Below the pieces are notes generated by a model, which had not been told where the DNA came from, did no database searches, and saw nothing but the letters and a program-made list of their open reading frames with translations. A stretch of DNA of 62,968 bases, filler included, from Folioceros fuciformis (lineage: Eukaryota): assembly GCA_049999805.1 (NCBI GenBank). It is 9 parts of 9 records of this genome, joined end to end, with 100 filler letters (N's around TTAATTAATTAA, not from the genome) between each part and the next. Parts side by side here need not be neighbours in the genome. Positions count along the whole stretch, not along the records: positions 7,433 to 23,361 come from JBNGIO010001973.1; 8 more parts are not named here. One strand, 5' to 3'. This document shows positions 11,157-22,565 of this stretch, in pieces (within the stretch, counting starts at the first letter, position 1; each line of letters starts with the position of its first letter). Both the position numbers and the translations under genes were made by a program.

Positions 11157-14100
11157 TCATTGTGACAGTGGGGCATAACCTGCCTCCTTGAGCTCTGAAG
11201 TCACGATGTCAAGCAGTTTGTAAAGTGCAACTGCTTGAGGATGACTGTGGTCTCCAACCACAAATGTGTGCAGCTCCTGGTCATGCTCGATGCAGCTCTG
11301 GCCAGGCTTTTTCCAGGCACCTGCGATTAGCCTCAAATCATCTATCTCCCGTGCGCAGTCGTGCATACTTGCCTCAGCATAAATAGTTGACATGAGCACA
11401 TAAGCAGCTGTATGCTTCGGATCTAAGCTGACGGCACAATGGAACGCCGTCTCCCCGAGTAGCACGTTGCCATGCGTTCTGCAGGCACCCAGCAAGCACA
11501 ACCAGACGGGCAGGTTTGGGGGCATTGGCATGTGTGAAAGATAGCCCTCTGCCTTGCTGAAGAGTCCTGCACGGCCAACAAGATCGATCATGCAAGCATA
11601 ATGCTCCAGCTCCGGATGGATGCCATGATCCCTGAACATACTGTCGAAGTAGTATAATCCATCGTCCACCATCCCAGCATGGCTGCAAGCTGACAGGAGT
11701 GCCAAAAAGGTGACCCGATCTGGTTTGACACCTGCCATGCACATGTTCTCGTAACATTTTACACTCATGGCGCAATCTCCTAACCGTGCATACCCAGCTA
11801 ACAGTGCAGTCCAGGACACCACATTAGGTCGAGCCAGAGACTGAAAAACGGACTGTGCGTCCACCATGCTCCCACATTTCCCGTATACATCGATCAGGCT
11901 GGTTGCCACTGAAAAGCTGGAGTTCCATCCATTCTCAACAACGCATTGGTGGATTTCTGCACACACTTCCAAGGCTCCTGTGCTGCTGCATGCCTCTAGT
12001 ACAGCAACAAACGTGGCCTCGTTTGAAGTCACACCTTCGGCTTGCATATGGGAATACAGTTGCAAGGCCTTGTGACCCTGGTCCTCCTGAGCATAGGCTG
12101 CAATCATGGCATTCCATGACACGACGTCACGCTGAGTCAAGGCGTCAAACACCTGCTCAGCGTCCTGAATACTCCCGCACTTAGCATACATACTTACCAA
12201 CGTATTGGCTACAAAAGCATCAGAAAGAAAACCACCAATCACAGCTCGGGCATGTACTTGCTTTCCCTTGCGAAGGGACTGAACCTTTACATTCCCCCCA
12301 TACACGAGCGTGTTCTCCTCCTCTCCTGCGAGGCTGCCACAGGCCTGCAGAGCACTTACAAAAGTCCGAGCCATTGGTTTGACACCTGCCTTTTGCATTT
12401 GCTCGTATATCTGCAAGGCGTTTTCTCCGTCACCCTGTTGAGCATAGGCTGCAAGCATGGCATTCCAGGAAACTACATTGCGGTCAGCAAGCTCCTCAAA
12501 GACGTGCCGTGCTTCCCTAACGTTCCCGCATTTTGCATACATACTGACCAAAGTATTCTGAACGAAGCCATGAGATACACAACCATTCACGGATGCTCGA
12601 GCATGTATATGCCTGCCCCTTTGCAAAGATCGGACCTTCACATTTTGCCCATCCACGGACACACTTTCCTCCTTGTCGGCAAGGTTACCACATGCTTGGA
12701 GGACACTGACAAAAGTGCGTGGATCGGCCTGGATCCCTTCCTCCTCCATTCTCCAAAACAGCTGCAAGGCCTCTTCTCCCTGGTCCTGCTGTGCATATGC
12801 TGCGAGCATCCCATTCCAAGACACTAAATTGCGTTCAGACAGTTGACGGAACACCAGCTGGGCATCCATGATGCTCCCACACTTTGCATACACACTCACC
12901 AGAGTGTTTTGCACATACAAATCCGATGTGAACCCGCTCTCGTTCGCTCCAGCATGCAGTTCCCTCGCCTTTCGCAGCGAGTCCACCCTGAGAAGTTGCC
13001 CATCCACAAGGACACTTTCCTCCTTGTCAGCCAGGCTGCCACATGCTTGGAGGGCGCTAACAAAGGTGCGAGCCACTGGACTAAAGCCTTGCTCTTGCAT
13101 CCGCCAAAAGAGGCGCAAGGCCTTTTCACCTTCGTCCTGCTGAGCATGAGCTGCAATCATGGCGGACCACGAGACCACATTGGGGTGGGACAAACCTTCA
13201 AACACCCGATGTGCATCCCTGATGCTACCGCACTTCGAGTACATGCTGACCAAGGTGTTGCCAACATAGACATCCGTCCCGAACCCAGCCTGCATGGCTT
13301 GGGCATGGACTTCCCTCCCCTTGTGCAGAGAACTCACTTTCACATGTAAGCCATCCACAAGTGTGGTATCCTGCTCCTCCTCAGCTAGGCAGCCACAAGC
13401 TCGGAGGGCGGCGACGAATGTGCGTGCATCAGCCCTGATCCCCTCTTGTTGCAGCAACTGTCGATAAATGTCAAGAGCTTTAGCTCCTTGCTCCTGCTGG
13501 GCATAAGCTGCCAACATGGCGTTCCACGACACCACATTGCGGAAGGGCAAAGCATGGAAGACTTGATGTGCATCCGCAACACTCCCACACTTGGCATACA
13601 TGCTAACCAAGGAGCTGCCCACAAACACATCCGACGCCAAGCCCAGTGCCCGAGCATGAACATGGATTCTCCTTCCCTCCTGCAAATCCTGCAGAATGGT
13701 GCAAGCCTTGAGCAGGGTGACCAACGTGTAGGTATCCGGCTGCACGCCTTCCTGCTGCATCCGGTCATAGCATGCCAGAGCCTGACGAGAATGGCCGGCA
13801 TTGCAGTAGCCGGAGATGATGGACGTCCAAGCATACACACTTCTGTGAGATAAAGTGCGGAAGACCTGTAGGCCATCCGAAAGACCTCCACAGCTGAGCA
13901 ACGTGGTGACTGCAAGGCTGCCCAAATGCGCATCGGAATCTAGCAGCCCGTGGCGTAGCAGGTGCTGGCACACACTCTTGGCCCCTGCCAAAGTCTTGTT
14001 GTGGGTGCAGGCGTGCAGCAGATTCTTATACACATGCGCCGAAGGAACGGTGTGGCAGCGGAGCAAAGCAGCCACCGCCTTGTCCAGAGGGCCGTGCTTG

Positions 14101-14210
14101 CACAAAATCTCTACATCCTCCAGCTCCCCAGAACACGCAGCAGCAGCAACTCCGCATGGGCTGGGAAGGCCCGCCAGGTTCATGCCACCTAGCTGATCCA
14201 GGATCTGCAT
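11157..14210 (-). CDS. PLS-class PPR protein, E+ type (PG box, no catalytic DYW), with four long-insertion L motifs
   Basis: Uninterrupted 1017-aa ORF of PLS triplets, then P2-L2-S2-E1-E2 and WKKPGQSCIE..HTFVVGDHSHPQ..EAGY, then stop. A transit peptide may be encoded upstream (14.4-14.8 kb). Confidence 0.93.
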   Translation of the reverse strand: MQILDQLGGMNLAGLPSPCGVAAAACSGELEDVEILCKHGPLDKAVAALLRCHTVPSAHVYKNLLHACTHNKTLAGAKSVCQHLLRHGLLDSDAHLGSLAVTTLLSCGGLSDGLQVFRTLSHRSVYAWTSIISGYCNAGHSRQALACYDRMQQEGVQPDTYTLVTLLKACTILQDLQEGRRIHVHARALGLASDVFVGSSLVSMYAKCGSVADAHQVFHALPFRNVVSWNAMLAAYAQQEQGAKALDIYRQLLQQEGIRADARTFVAALRACGCLAEEEQDTTLVDGLHVKVSSLHKGREVHAQAMQAGFGTDVYVGNTLVSMYSKCGSIRDAHRVFEGLSHPNVVSWSAMIAAHAQQDEGEKALRLFWRMQEQGFSPVARTFVSALQACGSLADKEESVLVDGQLLRVDSLRKARELHAGANESGFTSDLYVQNTLVSVYAKCGSIMDAQLVFRQLSERNLVSWNGMLAAYAQQDQGEEALQLFWRMEEEGIQADPRTFVSVLQACGNLADKEESVSVDGQNVKVRSLQRGRHIHARASVNGCVSHGFVQNTLVSMYAKCGNVREARHVFEELADRNVVSWNAMLAAYAQQGDGENALQIYEQMQKAGVKPMARTFVSALQACGSLAGEEENTLVYGGNVKVQSLRKGKQVHARAVIGGFLSDAFVANTLVSMYAKCGSIQDAEQVFDALTQRDVVSWNAMIAAYAQEDQGHKALQLYSHMQAEGVTSNEATFVAVLEACSSTGALEVCAEIHQCVVENGWNSSFSVATSLIDVYGKCGSMVDAQSVFQSLARPNVVSWTALLAGYARLGDCAMSVKCYENMCMAGVKPDRVTFLALLSACSHAGMVDDGLYYFDSMFRDHGIHPELEHYACMIDLVGRAGLFSKAEGYLSHMPMPPNLPVWLCLLGACRTHGNVLLGETAFHCAVSLDPKHTAAYVLMSTIYAEASMHDCAREIDDLRLIAGAWKKPGQSCIEHDQELHTFVVGDHSHPQAVALYKLLDIVTSELKEAGYAPLSQ

Positions 14211-15776
14211 CCTTGGACAGAGGAAATTGCCCTAGACCTTTCCGGGGTACCGCTCCACGGTCTCTGCTTGTGCTCATTCCTGTGAAGGTGTGCAAGCGTG
14301 CTTGGGCCCGAGCCTGAACCTGAGCCTATGTGAATCATCAGGGCAAACAGTCTATGTAGACGAACACAAACACAATAAGAGCTTACATGTATCTTGAAAC
14401 TGTCTACCGCACTACCGCACCCGTGAAGGGGACAGCCCAATTCAATTTCTAACCAAGTGCACATGAGGGCTTCGTCGTAATATCTAAGGCCCTCTTCGTG
14501 AGAAAACTGGAAGGTTGCAAATCCAGTGTTGCAAACAGATATCCATCTTGGGAGTGATCCATGGCAGCAGCAGCAGCGCAAGGCCCGCCCTGGGCACTGC
14601 TCCCCGGCAGCCGCTCGTCTATTACAGCGCGATGCAGAGGCACCGTAGGCAGAAGCAGCGCGAGAGCCATGGCACGCAGCTTGAGTGGAGCGTGTGGCAA
14701 GACTATAATGCCGTGCGCCGCTGGAAGCAGGGATTGCGCGAAGCTGCGTCCTGTCACAGTCACAGTCGGGGCTTTGCAGCAAATGACAACGACTTTGCTC
14801 AAATTCTGCCATGCTGAGCATCAAACGAAAAATTGGTGGTAAGATTCTCGCCGGTGTGCCTGTCTTGAGCTCGGTGGGCAGTAACAGCAGCAGGAAGAGC
14901 TGGCAGAGGCAAAGACAAGATGCACATAGCCAGGCGGGCCATTGCAGCGGGGATGGCATTCAGGCATCTGCCAGAAGACTGGCGGTGCCCCACATTCGGA
15001 GCTTCGCAGGGCTACTTCAGGGGCCAGATCGTTGAGGTGGCAAGCTTCGCCCAAAACCAGAGTTACGGCCTGGACGGCAACTGACTAACATCCGCGCAGA
15101 AAAATCTCTTGATCTATGGGACGTTGGCTCTCTTCTTTGCCCTTTTCCTGTCCGACTACTCTCTGCAATGACCATACACAGGATGGTGTCCAGTGCAGTG
15201 CAGTGCAATGCAACAGTTGCTGACATCAGGAACTGCGTAATCCATTGCATGACAACGTACAAAGGTAGGAGGATGTTTCTGAACGTCTGCTTGGTCAGCG
15301 CCTACGCAACATTGAATTACAAGAAGGAGTGCATACGAGTAGCTTAGCTTAGGAAGGATGGAGTCACTTACTTGGTGACAATCCCTGTCTTGTCCACCAC
15401 AACCCTCCTACCCGATTTCCCGGCTTCCCGGCTTGCACGAAATCTCCGCATCCTGATCCTCAGAGATGTGCAGCAGCAGCAGCTCCACATAGACTGGGAA
15501 ACGCCATCGGGTTTAGGCCTCACTTCTCATTCCTGTAGTCGGCGTGGTTTTTTAAAACAAGGTCATGTCAGGCTTTGAATCTAGACAAACACAAACAAAG
15601 AGAGAGGATTGTGTCTTATCCTAGTACATGCGCATTACTGCTTAAGCTGCCCGCTGGTGCTGTATAACGGGCTAAACGGGCGCCCACAGCCTAGTGCTTC
15701 AGACTCGCTCAATCGTTAGCCTGTCGTCGTGCCGAAACCAAAGCAAACGGGAGGAATCCCAGCTGGGATCTGATCC

Positions 15777-16394
15777 ATGGCAGCGGCTTCAGCAGCGTCA
15801 GCCCTTTCCTTGGCTCTTCTCCCCAGCAGTCCCATCTCTGTGGGAGCTCGCTCTAGGCCCAGGGCCTTATCTGGACGCAAAGTGGCAGCTCGGGCTCGGG
15901 CTCTGGTACCTTCCGGTGGCGATGTCCCTGACTCCGAGTCGTCACAGCCGCAGGCGGAGTCGGAGTCGGACGACGAATTCGAGGCTCGGCTGAGCAAGCT
16001 GCAGCGCAAGGTGACGAGCGGGACGGGCAAGAAGGCGGAGATTCGCAAAGCCAGGAAGGAAGGAGGAGCAGGGCCAGCAGCGGCGGCGGCGGCGATATCA
16101 GGAGATGGTGGTGGCAAAGCAGCCTCCCTGTTTTTGCCTGCGGTGCCCTTGCGGGAACCTGTGTCTAGCGGGCTGCCCGTGCAGCTGGGCTTCAATTCCT
16201 ACTCGGAGCGGCTCAACGGCAAGTTTGCAGCTCTGGGGCTGTCGGCCATCCTGCTGGTGGAACTGGCGACGGGCACCAGCTTCATCAATTTCCATGACTC
16301 CTCCACTATCTTCTTGCAGGTTTACTTCATGCTCAGCGCGGCCGCCCTCTTCATCAAGTTCGAGAAGGAGAAAGTCAGTGTCTGGCCCAAGTAA
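15777..16394 (+). CDS. Plastid LHC-like two-helix stress-enhanced protein (SEP5-like)
   Basis: Ala/Ser/Arg-rich transit peptide, chlorophyll-binding motif SERLNGKFAALG, a second hydrophobic helix and an FEKEKVSVWP tail. Intronless. Confidence 0.8.
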   Translation: MAAASAASALSLALLPSSPISVGARSRPRALSGRKVAARARALVPSGGDVPDSESSQPQAESESDDEFEARLSKLQRKVTSGTGKKAEIRKARKEGGAGPAAAAAAISGDGGGKAASLFLPAVPLREPVSSGLPVQLGFNSYSERLNGKFAALGLSAILLVELATGTSFINFHDSSTIFLQVYFMLSAAALFIKFEKEKVSVWPK

Positions 16395-16823
16395 TGTTAG
16401 CGTGTGAAGTCATGACTTCTTTAGTCTAGTGCTGCAGCACCGTTCCGTTCCTCCCCTTCTCCTTCGGGAGGATTAATGTCGTCCGGCCGCTGCCAGTTTC
16501 ACCTTCAAGGATTCTCCGCGTCCAAGAACCTGGATCAGTGACCAGGTGCCCCACCTCATTGACTCATCGCATGTGCCCCAAACTAACGGCAAGCCTTCAG
16601 CCCCGCTCCACCTGCATTCACTCTCTTTCGGCCACGTAGGTGAAGGTGAACACACGTCCGTGTCATTGCTTCTGGTGATAGGCCTGGGTGGATGGGCCCG
16701 TAGGTGCGTGGCCTGCGTCTCTCGTTTCATGTTACGTGATTGGGTGGATACCGTGGATGGGTAGGTTTGCTCATGTACTTGTTCCTGAATTCGTTCACCT
16801 GTTTCGTGTTGCTGTTCTCAAGG

Positions 16824-16924
16824 TTTGCTTGTGCTGCTGTTCTTCGTTCATCTTTGCTTGCGCTGCTGTTCTTCGTTCATCTTTGCTTGCGCTGCTGTTC
16901 TTCATTCAGCTTTGCTTGTGCTGC
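16824..16924. repeat. 29-bp tandem repeat, ~3.5 copies
   Basis: Unit TTTGCTTGCGCTGCTGTTCTTCGTTCATC. Confidence 0.9.
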
Positions 16925-17006
16925 AAGCTGGAATACCATGCTCGTAGTAACACAAGCCGCCGTTTGTGGGACTCCTCCCCCCATCTACTGCTTGCATTCC
17001 ATTGCA

Positions 17007-19616
17007 TTACACACATTCGTTCACGCAAGCGGTCAATTCCTGGACCAACCCGAGCAGCGCCGTCTCGTGCTCATACCTGCCATCTCCTACAAAAAATGTG
17101 TGGACCCTTTGCCCATACTCTGTCCAGCTTTGCCCAGGCTCCTTCCACGCGCTAGCTATGTGCCTCGACCTTTCCACCTCCACAGCACTCTCGTGCGTGC
17201 CCGCATCAGCATAGATGCTCGACATCAGACGATAGGCTGCGCTATGTTTTGGCTCCAACTCCACAGCTCGGTCGAAGGCGTGCTGTGCCAGTGCTATATT
17301 GCCATGCTTGCGGCAGGCACCCAGCAAACACAACCACACGCGCAAAGTAGGTCGCATGGGTCTGAGTACCTCTTCTGCCTTGTCAAACAGACCTGCCCGA
17401 CCCACGAGATAGCACAAGCGTAATGCTCCACCCCTGCCAAAATGCCGTAATCTCTGCTCATGCTCTCAAAGTACCTCAGTCCGTCCCACCATGCCCGCAT
17501 GACTGAAGGGCAGACAGAAGTGCCACAAATGTTTGCCCTGTTGGTTTCACGCCTGCGCTACACATGTCCTCAAAGCATCGCAGTGTCATCACACACCCAT
17601 CTCCTGCTTGGGCATAACCAGCCATCAGCGCATTCCACGTCACTACGCTGGGCCGAGCTAGGGTGTTGAACATGGACTGAGCATCCCCCATGCTTCCACA
17701 TGTGCCGTAAGCATGGATGAGACTGGTCGCCACGCGAATGCTGGACTCGTCCATCCCAGCTTCCACTATGTCTCTGTGTATGAGTTTGCACATGCCCAAG
17801 GCTCCTGTACTACCACAAGCTTCCAACACGGCAACAAATGTAGCCTCATGTGCCTCTACACCTTGCACTTTCATTTCACCATACAGTTGCAAAGCCTGCT
17901 CCCGTTGCTCCTGCTCCACATAGGCTGCAATCATGGAGGTCCACGCAACAACATCGCGCTGGGACAGCCTGTCGAACACCTCTTCTGCATCCTTGATGCT
18001 ACCGCACTTGGCATACATTCGCACTAGACCGCTGCTGACAAACAGGTCTGCTTCCAAGCCCCATCTAATTGCTCCTGCATGCATCTCCCTACCCCTCCGC
18101 AGTGACTCCAATTTTACACTTCGCCCAGCCACTACTACGCTTTGTTCCTTCTCTGCGAGCCTGGCACAGGCTTGGAGCGTGGCCACCAGTGTCCGCGAAT
18201 TCGGTCTGACGCCTTCTTCTGCATTTGCTGATACATATGCAAAGCTTTATGCTCGTGCTCGTGCTTGTCCAGTTGCTGAGCATAACCTGCAAGCAATGCA
18301 TTCCACGATACTGCACTCCGCCTGGGCAACCCATGGAACACATGTTGCGCATTGGCACACTTTGCATATATGCTAACCAACGTGTTCCCGACGAAAAGGA
18401 TGGAATCGAATCCCCTTCCTGCAGCTCCAGCATGGATGCCCTTCCCAGTACGCAGCGAATTCACCTTCACAGCTTGCTCGTCCACACATGCAGCCTCTTC
18501 AGCTTCCCCAATGCTGCCACAAGCTTGGAGAGCACTGACAAAGGTCCGTGCATCCGGCTCCACCCCTTCTTCTTGCATCTGCTTAAACATGTGCAATGCC
18601 TTTTCTCCCAGGTCATGCTCTGCATAGGCTGCAATCAGGGCATTCCAAGACACCAAGTCCCGTCTGGACAGCCTCTGGAAAGAGATTTCTGCATCCTTGA
18701 TGCTCCCACATTTTGAATACATCTTGACCAAAGCGCTGCCCACAAACACGTCGGCTTCGAACCCCAGCAATGTAGCGTCAGCATGCACTTTTTTGCCAAG
18801 GCGCAGGGGGTGAAGTTTGACAAACCGACGATGGACAAGTGCCCTTCTTACCTCCTTTTCCGCCAGGGTGTCACAAGCTTGTATCACAGTGACGAAGGTG
18901 ACTGCGTTTGGCTGCACCCCCTCCTCTTGCATCTCCTCATACAGCTCCAAGGCGAGCTCCGGATCCCACCGCTCCCTCCCGACGTATGCTGCCAGCATCG
19001 CATTCCAAGACAGCGCAGTGCGCTGAGGCAAGCCATCGAAAACCTGCTGTGCCTTGTGGATGCTCCCACACTTTGCATACATGTGAACCAATGTGTTGCC
19101 TACAAACACATCCGAAGCAAGGCCGTGGGCCACAGCGTCAGCATGCCTCCGCTTTCCAGTTTCCAGGTCTCGCACCTGGCTGCAAGCATTCAGCAAGCCG
19201 ACAAAAGTGTAGGTGTCAGGCTGGACACCCTCCTTCCGCATCTGCGCATAGCACGAGAGAGCCTGATGAAATTGTCCCACTCTGATGTGCCCAGAGATGG
19301 CTGCCGTCCAACAGAAAGCGCTTCTGTGCTTAAGTGTCCAGAACAATTGGTGCCCATCAGCAAGGGCTCCACAGTGGATGAGAGTTGTAACCACAAGGCT
19401 CCCCAGCAATCTGTGGGATTCGAATCCATGTTTGGCCAAACGAGTGTGCACTCTCTTGGCCTCAGCCAGGGCCCTCTTCTTCGTCCAAGCTCGCAGCAGC
19501 GCCTTGTACACGGGGACAGAAGGCACAGGTGCCTGCTGCTCCTCGCGGAAAAGAAGAAGCAATGCTTCATGGAGGCGGCCATACTTGCAAAGCACCTGTA
19601 TTAATCGTCCAGACAT
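17007..19616 (-). pseudogene. Frameshifted PLS-E+ PPR, paralogue type of 11157-14210
   Basis: Successive frames 18135-19616, 17476-18186, 17294-17500 and 17007-17417. Same long L insertions (LAEKE..V.GR.VKL); ends WKEPGQSWTE..HTFFVGD. Confidence 0.88.
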
Positions 19617-19880
19617 TGGCGGCTACCAACTTCCAGCAACTCCAAAACATCATGGGATTGTGGTGGAGCAAGAACGCAACGCATTCGTGCTGAAAAGAGA
19701 GGGAAAGTGGACAAGCTTTCTGGCATGGTGGTCAATAGCGCTGTAACCTTGCATTTGTTTATCTGAGAGTGATAAATTATCGTATATGATTATTTTTTAT
19801 TATTGAAAAAGAGATCGAAAGTTCCAAGCGACCCAGGCCGAGCAAGGCCAAAAGGTATTAGCCCATTCGACGTTATTCTT

Positions 19881-20062
19881 AAAAATTATATATTGCTCCC
19901 AAAATGTCTCAAAAATTATATATTGCTCCCAAAATGTCATGTGGAATAACAAAAGCATGACGTGGAATAACAAAAGGCTTACCTACCAATGCCATGATGT
20001 AGAATAACAAAAGGCCTACTTACCAATATCATGGTGTGGAATAACAAAAGGCTTACCTACCA
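19881..20062. repeat. 30-bp duplication followed by ~37-bp repeats with core GTGGAATAACAAAAG
   Basis: AAAAATTATATATTGCTCCCAAAATGTC x2, then four copies of the core. Confidence 0.85.
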
Positions 20063-20129
20063 TCGGTGCCGAAGAAGCCACTTGGCCTCCGCTTGTTATT
20101 GTTGGTAAGGCCAGCAAGAGGGCTAGCAG

Positions 20130-20690
20130 TTCGTCAAGTTAATGGTAGGGTAGACTAGTCTAGAATAATAGTGTGCTATAAACTATTGCTTTGGTTGTCG
20201 TGTCTTAGTGGTCAACCTATAGAGAGAGGAAAGGGACTAGAGCTAGGAGTCCTCTATAAGAAGCTGTGAGGCTCTAGACCCCACTTGTCACTTCACGATC
20301 TCTCTCGAGCTGTCCCTGCTTGGATGCAATAGTGTGTGCTGGCTCTAGACCCCACTTGTCACTTCACGATCTCTCTCGAGCTGTCCTTGCTGGGATGCAA
20401 TAGTGTGTGCTGGCTGTGCATGTTGTACAGCGTCTAGTAAAGCTTTGAGAAGTAGTGGTCAGTATTAAGGGCTAGGTTCTTTTAATTCTTGATTGTGCTC
20501 TCTATGTCATGCCCCATGATCTGTCATTCTTATTTCCTCGCAAGACTCGAGTGAGTGCCAACCATGCTTGCATGGTGTCTGGTAGGATCGTGGGTGGTAA
20601 CATGCTCTTCTTTGGGACTCTAGTGACTCTTGCCAAGTAGGGGAGTCAATAGGGGAGTGTAGAAGGTAGTGGTGTTGTTGCCAATCTGGC
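20130..20690 (+). repeat. Internal fragment of a family-B Gypsy LTR, including a 71-bp tandem duplication (20270-20411)
   Basis: Colinear with ~58300-58765 (CTATAAG TATA, CAGCGTCTAGTAAAGCTTTGAGAAGT, GCTTGCATGGTGTCTGGTAGGATCGTGG). Boundaries approximate. Confidence 0.75.
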
Positions 20691-21400
20691 CTAGTGCCCT
20701 GTTTCACCTTCCACAGGAAATGGAAAAACGCGACAGAAAAGGAGGTAGTCATGGGACTACACCTCAAGGATAGCACAAGCTTGGTGAAGAGTTTCCATTT
20801 GGGCTCCTCCAATCTCTCCGTCTTCCAACCATGCCGGCTCTTAGCATCTTCCCCACCCTTCATCATTGAGTGAGCTTCCCTTGCCACAGCCCTCCGGCCA
20901 TCCTGACACTTCTCCAAGAAGGTGGCTCCACCTTCCTCATTTGCTGGTAGCCCATAAATCTTCCATATGTGTTGGACTGTCCAACCCTTGGGATCTGTCC
21001 TAATGTCGCGAACCTCCAAGGCGGACAGATCTTCCTCATATATTTGCATGTGTCGGTGGCACTCCCCTACCATCTTGGGGTAGGCATAGGACCAACGCCA
21101 TCCATAGAGCCATTCCATCCTAATGTTAGGATTCGTAGCATAGGGACGGAAGTCCCACATATCCTTGGGTGACACCTGTCCTACAAGGCACAAAAATTGT
21201 CTTCTCCTACTTGGGGGCCTTCTTTGGCACTGGTGGGATGGGAGTGGAATCCACCTGTACCTCTGTCTCTCCCAGGCTCTTCCTTGTCTTCATGTTTCAC
21301 TTGTTGGGCCCCAAGTCCTGTCATTCCCGACAACACTTCCATTCGGCAAAGAGAAAACCATCTCAGCCTTGGCGACTCCTGCAACTGGGATCCTACTCAT
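20690..21400 (-). pseudogene. Degenerate copy of the Gypsy accessory ORF family
   Basis: WRWSYAYPKMVGEC..IRTDPKGWTVQHIWKIYGLPANEEGG..HGW..GTRPDW aligns with the 43.9 kb and 52 kb copies. Confidence 0.65.
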
Positions 21401-21407
21401 GACTCAC

Positions 21408-21540
21408 CGCAGAGGAAAAAAACTTTTGGGACTCCCATTTTGAGAGACAGAATGTGCAAGTTGTGATTTTTTTTTGTGAAAATACGAGTGAATCGGCTTA
21501 GCTTGTGAATAAGACTTGGGTATTTATTGTTAAGGGATAG
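21408..21540 (+). repeat. 5' fragment of a family-A Gypsy LTR
   Basis: CGCAGAGGAAAAAAA.. and TTGTG..GAATCGGCTTAG match 43303-43410 and the reverse complement of ~590-660. Confidence 0.6.
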
Positions 21541-22565
21541 TGTTGATAATATCTAGTCAATTAAAGGCACATATATAGTGGTTTATAGGGGTACTTATAA
21601 TAAATAATTATTAAGTACCCGTTCGTTAGGGTTGCGACTTATAACGAACAGTTATGTCGTTTAAGTTAGAACCATAATATCTTTTCAGCATATGTTTTAA
21701 GCTCTTCTTGATACACAATGTAATCTAACATTATTATTCTTGATAATAGACAAGTTTATTTGTTATGGTATCAGAGCCGGGTGTACAGAATGCATCCTAG
21801 TAAATGCATAAACATATGCATTGATTTATAGAATTATATGTTTTCTTGATTCTAAATATCAAGAAAATAAAAATGAAAGTCAAGAAGCATTTCTTGCTCT
21901 AAAGATTATATAAAAAATCAATAAAGAGGATGAAACCTAGCAAATTAAGGTAGTAGTCCCAGTGTACTTAGTGTACTTCTGCCAAATTGCTTCTTGAGCA
22001 ATTCGATGGAAATATACTAGGACAACTGCCTGCTTTGCAGGCAGTCTACAAAATATTTAAAGCAATAGAATGCAATAATCATTTTCTAATGCATTATGTC
22101 AAAATATTAACTGACCAAATGAATGGCCAGCAATCGAATCAAGCTAAATCAGTGGCTACCGCAATCTGGAGCGCGATTCCCGCAATGGCCGAATTGTCGC
22201 AGGATACACATGTCCAAAGGCAAGCAAGCCAGATCAACAATTCCACAGTACCTTCATCAGAAGATCCATGACTTGATAGCTCTCAATGAAGGCCAATCGA
22301 TCCTGGCTGTTGAGTTAAGGAAGTGCTTCAATACATTGATTGCGGTTATTTACCCTAATGAGCGACATTTGGCTATTACTTCTTTGCCCGAAGCTCATGC
22401 TCAATGTGCCTTCAATTTGAGAGCAAATCTTAAAGGCCCTCCTACTGCGCATGTTGAACAACACAATGCTGTAAGTAATTTGGCCAAAAGAATTGAAGCA
22501 CATTAGAGAAGCATGAATAAAAGATGTAACAATACTGGCTAGAGAATTGCCGCTGTTGGATCTGA
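21541..22565 (+). mobile_element. 5' end of an LTR element: LTR 21541-21765, tRNAiMet PBS 21766-21777, degenerate extra ORF; cut by a family-B LTR
   Basis: TGTTGA..TGTTA followed by TGGTATCAGAGC. ORF remnants CQNIN*PNEWP and NLAKRIEAH are homologous to 59.3-59.7 kb. Confidence 0.75.

Noticed and set aside
8359-19746. Many 60-270-aa antisense or alternate-frame ORFs over the PPR genes
   Set aside because: Expected shadows of GC-rich repetitive PPR coding sequence; no independent motifs.
19940-20062. CRISPR-like array (also considered for 23179-23342, 52750-52849 and 57152-57385)
   Set aside because: Units are head-to-tail with no unique spacers, there are no cas genes, and the context is eukaryotic.
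21766-21777. TGGTATCAGAGC as the priming site of an endogenous caulimovirid
   Set aside because: It follows a TG-started LTR-like segment, the homologous copy leads into Copia gag, and no movement or coat protein motifs are seen.
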